This document shows, piece after piece, positions 35,014-41,962 of a stretch of 41,962 nucleotides of DNA. The DNA is taken from the IMG/VR virus record IMGVR_UViG_3300042557_001224, positions 1 to 41,962 of that record. The stretch is one strand, 5' to 3'. A program made the position numbers and the translations under genes. The DNA comes from a virus. Its lineage: Duplodnaviria; Caudoviricetes. The notes below the pieces were generated by a model. The model worked only from the letters and a program-made list of their open reading frames with translations, was not told where the DNA came from and did not search any database. Every line of letters starts with the position of its first letter. Positions within the stretch are counted from its first letter, which is position 1.

Positions 35014-36998
35014 TAGAGCGAGTGCATGAGGGTGAAACGCGTGTTCCCGCGCAGGATGTCTCGTGACGCTTCCCTGACCCACGATAGGGTCGGACCCATC
35101 CCAGCACCGTCGATAGTGATCGGGGCTCTCGGATCGCCAAGGAGGGCCATCCACGAGGATGTCGTGACGTGGCGTTCAAACTCCACCAGCGCGATGCGGC
35201 GCTCTCCGCTCGTGCCACTGTCGAAAGAGAGCGACGAGACAGATATCTCGCTGGGAGCAGAGGCAGACAGCTCGAACGTGAGGTCGAGCACCGTCTGGAA
35301 GTCGATCGGCAGCACGATCTCCGGCACGATACGCGCGAGGAAATACTCGCCGGTCTGCATGAACAGCGCGGTAGTGCCTTCTTGGATGTCGAATGATCCA
35401 GAACCGATCGTCTCGCCAGCCACGCTATAAGTGCCGAGCAGCACGTTGGCGGCCGTATAGTGATCCACGACCAAGCGCATGCGCCAGAAGCGCCGAGGGT
35501 CGAGGTTCGACGTGCCGCTCAGGATCACCACGGAGGCGCGAAACCTGAAGGACACGGACCGGATGCCCGTGGCGCTCGCGGTATAGCGGTTCACGCCGTT
35601 CCACTGCGCGCCGGGATCGAGCCCGTTCGGAGGTGCATCGAGTGGCCAAGAGTCGAACACTCCGATAGAGCTCAGCGACACGGGCACGGAGTCGAGCGGT
35701 CCTATGTTGTTCGACCCTTCGACATACCACGGCAGGAGAGGTCCCGACAAGATCGCCGGATCATTTGACAGGACCGGCATGTTTCGTGCAAGGACCGGCT
35801 TTGATGCGGCCTGCCACACGATCACGTCGCATAGGGTCGGATATCTGTTTACGACGCGATAATTCAGCATCGCCTCGTTGTAGAGCGGAGCAGTAGCGAG
35901 ATATGCCGAAGCAGTCACCGTCGCGGTGCTCTGCACATATTGGAGCAGACACACATCCTCGTCGATCTCCGTGTCTGTGTTGTCTTGCCACATCACGTGC
36001 TCGAGGATGCCGTGATCGGCCACCCAGCGACAGGTCAGGTCCAGTGCCTCGCCACGGTTGCACAGGCAGCTGACACCATACTGCTCGTCCACATGAGTCA
36101 CGCTCCTGAAGTAGGGTAGGGCAGAATAGCTGCTGCCAGTGCGGTTGGCCTCGCGGCGCTCTCCTACCTTGACAGAGCCGAAAAGGGCGTCGCTGTCTAT
36201 GCTCTGCACGATGCCATCGATGTGGCTGATCTCGGTGCTCGCGACCTGTCCATAGGTCCCGGCGTCGTCCAAGATCGTGATCGAGGCGATGCCGTTCGCG
36301 TCTTGGCGTACGACCATCCACAGGTTGAAACGCTTCGCGATCTCTAGCCAGAGGTCGGAGAGAGTCCACTGCACCGGATCGTCGGGCAGCGTGCCGGTGC
36401 GCCAGAGTACACCCTGAACGAGCGCCAGATGTGCCTCGTCGGGCAGTGCGCTATACCACGTGTTGGTCACCATGACGGTGCCATCGGTCAAGAAGTCGAC
36501 CGCGTGCTGCATGGCTCCGCTCCAGTCATAGGCCGCGCGGGTCGTGGTCGAGGCCGGTGCTTGTGGATCAAAGACCGTCAGCGCGAAACTGGAGCACGGA
36601 GCGATCTGGATGCCGTCCTTTGATGTCTCCGCGACGGGAGAGATCACCAGCTCCATGTTGTCGAGGATGCGAGCACCGACCGATGCGACCTGTATCGCAG
36701 CCTCGGCCGTACATCTGGACAGGTTCCACTTGATGTCCGCGAGGATGATCTCGCCAGAGAGCAGGAGCTGCGCCACGCCGGTGCAGTCGTCGTAAATGCG
36801 CAGCGGCATCGATGCGCAGAAGTTCGCGAGGAACTGGTCACGCAGGATCCGCCAAGCACCGCCCGTAAACGTTGCGGTCGCGGGTGCTTCGCTGTAGATC
36901 ATGCGGCGCTCGAAATCGCGCACGATGCGCTGCTCGAAGCCGTCCAGATCGCCCGGCGTGGGCACGATGGTGCTGCCAAGATAGACGATCAGGCCCAT
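35013..36998 (-). CDS. Tail hub / minor tail protein
   Basis: 661 aa immediately downstream of the tape measure gene. Confidence 0.65.
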   Translation of the reverse strand: MGLIVYLGSTIVPTPGDLDGFEQRIVRDFERRMIYSEAPATATFTGGAWRILRDQFLANFCASMPLRIYDDCTGVAQLLLSGEIILADIKWNLSRCTAEAAIQVASVGARILDNMELVISPVAETSKDGIQIAPCSSFALTVFDPQAPASTTTRAAYDWSGAMQHAVDFLTDGTVMVTNTWYSALPDEAHLALVQGVLWRTGTLPDDPVQWTLSDLWLEIAKRFNLWMVVRQDANGIASITILDDAGTYGQVASTEISHIDGIVQSIDSDALFGSVKVGERREANRTGSSYSALPYFRSVTHVDEQYGVSCLCNRGEALDLTCRWVADHGILEHVMWQDNTDTEIDEDVCLLQYVQSTATVTASAYLATAPLYNEAMLNYRVVNRYPTLCDVIVWQAASKPVLARNMPVLSNDPAILSGPLLPWYVEGSNNIGPLDSVPVSLSSIGVFDSWPLDAPPNGLDPGAQWNGVNRYTASATGIRSVSFRFRASVVILSGTSNLDPRRFWRMRLVVDHYTAANVLLGTYSVAGETIGSGSFDIQEGTTALFMQTGEYFLARIVPEIVLPIDFQTVLDLTFELSASAPSEISVSSLSFDSGTSGERRIALVEFERHVTTSSWMALLGDPRAPITIDGAGMGPTLSWVREASRDILRGNTRFTLMHSL

Positions 36999-39900
36999 CT
37001 TGCGCGAGGATTGCGGCCGCGTGTCTGGGCCATTTTCTCCAGTAGCTCCGTCTGCCTGCGCTGCTCGCGCAGAGATCCCACGGTGCCGAGCGCGCCAATG
37101 ATGCGGCGATCGTCGCGCCCTTGCACCAAAGCAGCACCCCCGTTTCGCGCGGCCGTGGCCGCACCGGCCCTTGCGAGTGCTGCGGTCCAGTCCACCGAGC
37201 CGCCGAAACCGGGAACACCGAGGTCGCCCCAGATGCCTTTCCCGAAAAGGCGCTCGGCCCGCGCTCTGCTCGCACGGCTCAGGACGATCTCCTTGTCTTG
37301 CAGGGTCGCCACCACGTTATCGCCGTTCGAGCGCCGCGTCTTCGGCCCCCAGCTCGCGTCGACCTCGCCACCATGGGCGAAGCCGGGCACCGCCTGCGCC
37401 AGAAGGGCCACGGCCTGCGCCACGTTCGCGGTGATCTGGATCAGACCGGCCGCGAACTGGGCCGCACCGGCTGCGCCTACCGTGACCGCGTTTGCGGGGT
37501 TGCCTGCCGAGGCCGCCACCAGTGCGGAGATAGCACGCGCCGTGTCGACCGCGATCTGGGCCAGCGTGAAAGCGCGGTTTATCTGGAATGCGCGCCGGGC
37601 GGCCTCCTTCTGCTCGCGCTCTCTCTCGCGCTCCAGTGCGGTCGCGTCCTTCCCGGCCCTCTTCTGGGCCTCTATTCGCTTGTCGAGTTCTCCGAGGCGG
37701 TTCGACGTGATAGAGCTGTCTATGGCGAGTATTGAGTTGCCGAGATTGCGCGAAGAGTCGAGCAGGGCCTGCGCATCTTGGAGCTGGCGCTCTCTGGCCT
37801 GCTGTGCTGCGTCGATCGTGATCTCTGCCAGAGCATCGGCGCGGTTCTTCTCGATGGCCAGCAGGATCGCGGTCTTTTCTTCTTCTGACTCGATCACTCG
37901 CTGCGTTTCGGTGCGCTGCAGATCGAAACGTTTGTTGATCTCGTCGACCTGTAACTGCTCCTTGGTCCTTCCGAACTCGCGAGCGCCTGCGATGTCTTGC
38001 TGACGCAGCCTCTCTAGCTCTGCGGCCTTGGCCTGCTCTGCCTTCGTCACGGCGGCGGCCTGCTCGGTCGCTATCTTGCTGCGCTCGGCGTCGCTGGTGG
38101 CTAGCGCAGTCAAAGCAGCGAATGCCTTGCGGGCTCCCTCTATCTGCTTGTCGAAGCTGGCGCGCACGGCAGCATCGCGCCTCTCGACCTCCGACAGCCC
38201 GATGGCGGCGGCGGCTTGGTCGATCTCGGCGATGGCATCGTTGACCGCCTGCTGCGCCGCGAGCTTGGCGGCGGCCGCCTCCTGTGTCTTGGCATCTTCT
38301 GCCTCGCGCGCCTTGGTCCGCAGCTCGGCCTGTCTGGCCGTCTCCCGCGTTTGCTCGATCTCTGCAGCGATGGCGGCGATCTCCCTCTTATTCAGCGCGT
38401 CCTCTGACTTCTTCAGCGCGTCGGCCTCCTTCTTCAGATACTCGTCGCGCGCTTTCTCTAGACTGGTCAACACCTCGCGATCTTCTTCGCTCAGCTTCTC
38501 CATCAAGACCTCCCGCGCCTTCACTGCGGCGGTCTGGTCCTTGCTCAGCTGCACACCGGACTCCGAAGCATCGGCCAACGCCTGCCCCTGCAGCTTGAGC
38601 CCGGCCGCATATCGCTGGCCTGCGGTCGCATAGGCGTCGCTGAGGCGCTTCTCTACGACGCCGCGAGCTAGGGCGGCATCTTGTGCTTCCTGCTGCGCTC
38701 GAACGCCTTCGTCGCCCAGCGCTGCGGCATCGCGGCGGCGTTCTATGGCGGCGGCACGGTCCGCTAGGACCTGCAGCTTGATCGCCTTCTGTTCTGCTGT
38801 AGCCCTCGAAGCGTTGACGGCGGCCCGCTCGCGCTCGATCTGGAGCAGTTCCTCGGCCGCAGCGCGCTCGCGCAGATATGTCGCTTCGTCGGCCTGTGCA
38901 GCGATCTTCTCGGCGCGCACCTGTGTGATCCGCTCCAGTGTTTCGACCAGACCCTCGCCGTTGATCGTCGCCTCGTCAAGCGCACCACTCAATGCGTACA
39001 TCGCTCCGGTAATGGCGACCACGGCCACCAGCGCGGTGGCGATCGGGTTCGCTGCGATCACCGTGTTGAGCGCCAGCATCGCGCCGCGTGCACTGGTGAG
39101 CCCGCCCGCGAGGGCCGTGCTACCGGCCACGCTTGAAGATAGGACGAGCTTTAGGTTATTGAGGTTGTCCTTCAGACCGCCGAACAGAGACTGCAGACCC
39201 TGCGACACGGCGAGCGCCGACTGGACCTTGAGCAGGCCCTTCTCTACGCTTGCGCTCTCGCCGCCCACCAGAGCGAGAGCGCCCTGCACTGCGGTAAATC
39301 CGCCCGCCAGATTGGTGACAACACCACTGAACGCGGCGAACTTCGCGTCTGGGTTGAACGCTTCGACGGTCGCGTTGAGATCGCCGAAACGATCCTGCAG
39401 CTCGCCAGCCTTCTTGGCCGCTTGGATCAGCTCCGGGGTGATCTTTCCATCGCTCGCGTCGATCAGCCTGTCGAGCTCTTCCTTGGCCTTCCGTATCTGC
39501 ATGCGCAGAGATACGTACTCCTTGCCCGTCTCCTTCACCTCTTTGTCGCTCTGGCCCTGCACCGCGTTGAGCTTGGTGGCCTGTGCGACGAGCTCCGCCT
39601 CTTCGGCCGTGAGCGCTCCCATGGTCTGCAGGGTACTGAGGGCCGCCTGCTGCGCTTCGGTGAGCTCCGTGGCCAGAGCAGCGGCCCCCTGTGGGGTCTT
39701 CGAGGCCACGGTCACCAACTCGCGCAGGAGATCTATGGTCCCGTCTGCACTCAGGTTCAGCGCGTCGAACGCTTCCTGACCTTGCGAGCCCAGACCCACC
39801 AGAACGGCGGCCAGCGCTTTGCCCTCTGCCGACGCCCCGCTGAAATTGACAGCAGCGAGCGACTTGCCCAGTGCAGCACTGCCAGAGGTGGCCGTGCTTG

Positions 39901-40105
39901 TGGCCTTGGCCACCTCCTGCATCGCCACCTTGTGCGCGTTTGCCTTGCCAGCGGCGCTGCCCATCTGCTGGGACAGGGCGGCGGTGCCTTTCTGCGCGTT
40001 CTTCTCGGCCTGTTCAAGGCCCAACACAGAAGCCTCGGCCGCATCGATGGCGGCGGTGAACTGGCCCGTCTCGGCCCGGAACTCGGTGATAATGACCTCC
40101 GCCAT
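36989..40105 (-). CDS. Tail tape measure protein
   Basis: 1038 aa, Ala-rich helical, hydrophobic segments (ANPIATALVAVVAITGAMY), GFAHGG near the C-terminus. Confidence 0.9.
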   Translation of the reverse strand: MAEVIITEFRAETGQFTAAIDAAEASVLGLEQAEKNAQKGTAALSQQMGSAAGKANAHKVAMQEVAKATSTATSGSAALGKSLAAVNFSGASAEGKALAAVLVGLGSQGQEAFDALNLSADGTIDLLRELVTVASKTPQGAAALATELTEAQQAALSTLQTMGALTAEEAELVAQATKLNAVQGQSDKEVKETGKEYVSLRMQIRKAKEELDRLIDASDGKITPELIQAAKKAGELQDRFGDLNATVEAFNPDAKFAAFSGVVTNLAGGFTAVQGALALVGGESASVEKGLLKVQSALAVSQGLQSLFGGLKDNLNNLKLVLSSSVAGSTALAGGLTSARGAMLALNTVIAANPIATALVAVVAITGAMYALSGALDEATINGEGLVETLERITQVRAEKIAAQADEATYLRERAAAEELLQIERERAAVNASRATAEQKAIKLQVLADRAAAIERRRDAAALGDEGVRAQQEAQDAALARGVVEKRLSDAYATAGQRYAAGLKLQGQALADASESGVQLSKDQTAAVKAREVLMEKLSEEDREVLTSLEKARDEYLKKEADALKKSEDALNKREIAAIAAEIEQTRETARQAELRTKAREAEDAKTQEAAAAKLAAQQAVNDAIAEIDQAAAAIGLSEVERRDAAVRASFDKQIEGARKAFAALTALATSDAERSKIATEQAAAVTKAEQAKAAELERLRQQDIAGAREFGRTKEQLQVDEINKRFDLQRTETQRVIESEEEKTAILLAIEKNRADALAEITIDAAQQARERQLQDAQALLDSSRNLGNSILAIDSSITSNRLGELDKRIEAQKRAGKDATALEREREREQKEAARRAFQINRAFTLAQIAVDTARAISALVAASAGNPANAVTVGAAGAAQFAAGLIQITANVAQAVALLAQAVPGFAHGGEVDASWGPKTRRSNGDNVVATLQDKEIVLSRASRARAERLFGKGIWGDLGVPGFGGSVDWTAALARAGAATAARNGGAALVQGRDDRRIIGALGTVGSLREQRRQTELLEKMAQTRGRNPRARWA

Positions 40106-40109
40106 GCTA

Positions 40110-40117
40110 CAAAGAAA
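40110..40117 (-). promoter_or_regulatory. -7-like element TTTCTTTG ahead of the tape measure gene
   Basis: TTTCTTTG-TAGC-ATG; no TTG at the -33 position. Confidence 0.45.
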
Positions 40118-40139
40118 ACGCCCCGGAGCGCATCGCGAT

Positions 40140-40466
40140 TTACCGCGCCCCCTTCACATTGCGCCGGGCTTGCTGGTCCCGGTGCACATCGCCCAGCCAG
40201 CGCTCGATGCGTGGCAGCACCTCGGTCATTGGCATCGCATGGAGTGCGGCGTACTGTGCGGCGTCGTGTCCTACACATCCGTCCAGCAAGCTGCGCCAGT
40301 TCTGGCGCCTGATCTGGCGCATGCGGGCCAGTAGCAGGCCGTCTACATTGACACCATCGCCGCCACCCTCGCCTCGGTCGAGATCCAGCCGATCGAGAGC
40401 CTCGCGAAGGCGTCCACGGAAGAGTGCGTTACGCCGAGCAACTTCTCGAACGCCGCCTGCTGGGTA
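40140..40466 (-). CDS. Tail assembly chaperone, -1 frameshift extension (gpGT-like)
   Basis: The -1 frame is open from the T7 run to the stop at 40140 (YPAGGVREVARR...MRQIRRQNW...KGAR). Confidence 0.7.
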   Translation of the reverse strand, partial: YPAGGVREVARRNALFRGRLREALDRLDLDRGEGGGDGVNVDGLLLARMRQIRRQNWRSLLDGCVGHDAAQYAALHAMPMTEVLPRIERWLGDVHRDQQARRNVKGAR

Positions 40467-40939
40467 AAAAAACGGTGTCCCGCCTCCGCCGCCTCGCGGA
40501 AGGTCTGCATCTTCTGGGCCTGTATGGCGACATCGAAGACATCCGGATCTTCGTCTTCACGCACGGCGCAGATCGCAGCGAGTGCGTAGTAGCACTCCCT
40601 CGGCATGATCTGGCGCGGCCTTGCTTGCAGCTCCATGGCGATCGCGCTCGCCTTGGCGATGTGCCGGTTCCTCGTCTTGCCGTCCTTGGCCTCGACGGCC
40701 TCCGCTAGGGCAGACGTAATGGCCGTGCTCAGGGTGTTGAGCTGTGCGTGGCTGAGCCCGGCATCGATCTGGAGCAGCACGTCGTCCACCTCGTTGGCCC
40801 TCGCTGGCGGCATGCGCGCGAAGTCATCCCAACCATAATAGTGACTCCCATGCTGGTCCGTGAAGGCGAAGGGCGGGTGCCCCTTGGGCCTCTTCGGTGC
40901 GATCCCGAGCAGGTCTGCCAGAATTGACCGCGCGCTCAT
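40343..40939 (-). CDS. Tail assembly chaperone (gpG-like), 198 aa
   Basis: MSARSILADLL...; upstream of the tape measure gene; contains CGT-TTT-TTT slippery site. Confidence 0.7.
   Translation of the reverse strand: MSARSILADLLGIAPKRPKGHPPFAFTDQHGSHYYGWDDFARMPPARANEVDDVLLQIDAGLSHAQLNTLSTAITSALAEAVEAKDGKTRNRHIAKASAIAMELQARPRQIMPRECYYALAAICAVREDEDPDVFDVAIQAQKMQTFREAAEAGHRFFTQQAAFEKLLGVTHSSVDAFARLSIGWISTEARVAAMVSM
40466..40472 (-). other. Programmed -1 frameshift heptamer T TTT TTT
   Basis: Seven Ts in X XXY YYZ register within the chaperone frame. Confidence 0.7.
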
Positions 40940-41175
40940 GCCTTGCGCTTGGGTCCGGCGTTCAGAGGCCAGCGGTGGTGCCATGACAGTTCCTCGATGA
41001 GGTAGGGCCTGTCCTCTGCGCTGAACAGCGCGTCGGCCAGCGATTCGGCCAGCTTGTAAGCGTCCACACGGCGGTTGATAGGCTCGCCCTTCAGCACGAG
41101 CTTGCCGTTGGCAGAGGACACCACGCAAACACACCACTTATTGGAGCGAGTGCGCTGCATTTTGATCACGTACAT
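40936..41175 (-). CDS. Hypothetical protein (79 aa), weak DUF1508-like pattern
   Basis: W.V.VVSSANGKLV..GE....R.DA; ATGA overlap with the chaperone gene. Confidence 0.55.
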   Translation of the reverse strand: MYVIKMQRTRSNKWCVCVVSSANGKLVLKGEPINRRVDAYKLAESLADALFSAEDRPYLIEELSWHHRWPLNAGPKRKA

Positions 41176-41183
41176 GGGGCGGT

Positions 41184-41555
41184 CTATTTTTGGAGGATCT
41201 CCTGAACGCCTACGGCGGCCACGACAAGCGCGAGCACCTCGGCGATCCGGGCGAACGAGAAGCTGATCAACGGTACCGGCACGAAATTGCCAGACGGGTC
41301 GACCATGATCTCCGGTCCGAACAGGGCCAGATCGACGCCAAGATCAAAACCGAACAGGAACAGAGCTGCGATGCCCCACATACCGCACATACAACGAGGG
41401 CACGACGCGAGCGGCTTGGCCATCCACGACGGCAGACGTTCTGCCAGACGCCCGAAGGCGGCGAATATCATGCCGCTGCCCATCGCCACCCAGAGCCCGA
41501 GGGCAAAGACGGCCATCAAAGTGGCCTGCATCAGGAGATCTAGCGCGTGTGTCAC
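41184..41555 (-). CDS. Membrane protein with CxxC (DUF1360-like)
   Basis: GTG start overlapping the upstream stop; hydrophobic helices; KPLASCPRCMCGMW. Confidence 0.6.
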   Translation of the reverse strand: MTHALDLLMQATLMAVFALGLWVAMGSGMIFAAFGRLAERLPSWMAKPLASCPRCMCGMWGIAALFLFGFDLGVDLALFGPEIMVDPSGNFVPVPLISFSFARIAEVLALVVAAVGVQEILQK

Positions 41556-41959
41556 CGGTCTAGGATAATGGTGCGAGGCCCTGCTGGGAACAGAGAGCCG
41601 TCGACGTTGAACGACTTGATGGTCACGAAATCTACGCACTCCACCGCATAGGCGGCGGGTCCGGTGTTCCCGTCTTCGTCTGTGATCAGTGGAAGGAAGG
41701 CCACAGGAGCGCCCGGAGCGTCATCGTGGCATGCGACTACCTCGGCGCGCACCGAGTGTCCCGGAGCGAGCTCGAGAGGCCCCTCTACTACCAGATCGGG
41801 CAGTAGGAATGTGTCTACCTCGGCCAGCGTGGCGCGACCGGTGGCCAGATCGGTGAACCGCACCATGACCGGCACACTCTCGTCGACCACAACGCCGAGA
41901 ATGACCAAAGTCGGACACGCGGCTATCGGCCGGGCCTGTGCGCAGGTTGTGCAGCTCAT
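41552..41959 (-). CDS. Hypothetical protein (135 aa), possibly structural
   Basis: MSCTTCAQ...; beta-rich; coupled to the 248-562 gene across the circular junction. Confidence 0.7.
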   Translation of the reverse strand: MSCTTCAQARPIAACPTLVILGVVVDESVPVMVRFTDLATGRATLAEVDTFLLPDLVVEGPLELAPGHSVRAEVVACHDDAPGAPVAFLPLITDEDGNTGPAAYAVECVDFVTIKSFNVDGSLFPAGPRTIILDR

Positions 41960-41962
41960 GGG
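41709..41962. repeat. Terminal direct repeat, right copy
   Basis: Matches 1-254 with one mismatch. Confidence 0.97.

Noticed and set aside
37011-40334. Long plus-strand ORFs antisense to the tape measure gene and other genes
   Set aside because: These are shadow frames expected from high GC and Ala-rich coding; they have low-complexity Ser/Ala/Arg products and no leaders
1-41962. Integrase, attP, tRNA, reverse transcriptase or diversity-generating retroelement
   Set aside because: I found no recombinase or RT motifs, cloverleaf or template/variable repeat pair by eye; divergent examples cannot be excluded without a search
1-41962. Restriction-site avoidance as a signature of Z-DNA
   Set aside because: Both A-containing (GATC, TCGA) and A-free (GGCC, CCGG, GCGC) palindromes look common; an observed/expected k-mer count is needed and was not done
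1-41962. Alternative genetic code or stop-codon reassignment
   Set aside because: Genes tile densely under the standard code, and TAA, TAG and TGA all occur as ordinary stops

Overview
The window is an apparently complete, circular tailed-phage genome of about 41.7 kb: bases 1-254 repeat at 41709-41962 with one mismatch. It is GC-rich and siphovirus-like, with a 1038-aa tape measure protein and a G/GT chaperone frameshift. The host is probably Bacteroidota, judging from the TTG-N20-TAnnTTTG-type promoters, Shine-Dalgarno-free A/C-rich leaders, DUF5675-type lysin and Bacteroidota-like DnaB. The + strand carries early genes, a MazG-like/DUF5664 fusion, datZ and purZ (a 2-aminoadenine 'Z-genome' pathway), an initiator with DnaB, RecT/YqaJ/VRR-NUC recombination genes and a glycosyltransferase-FkbM cluster. 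The - strand carries a separate HTH-terS-terL block and a long late region ordered tail, glycosyltransferase, portal, MuF-ART, head, fibre, lysis. I can recognise no DNA polymerase, primase or integrase. The most interesting system is a Z-DNA phage that appears to rely on the host polymerase, and whose predicted promoters mostly replace the conserved A of the host -7 element with T. All product calls come from motif recognition by eye; no database searches were run.
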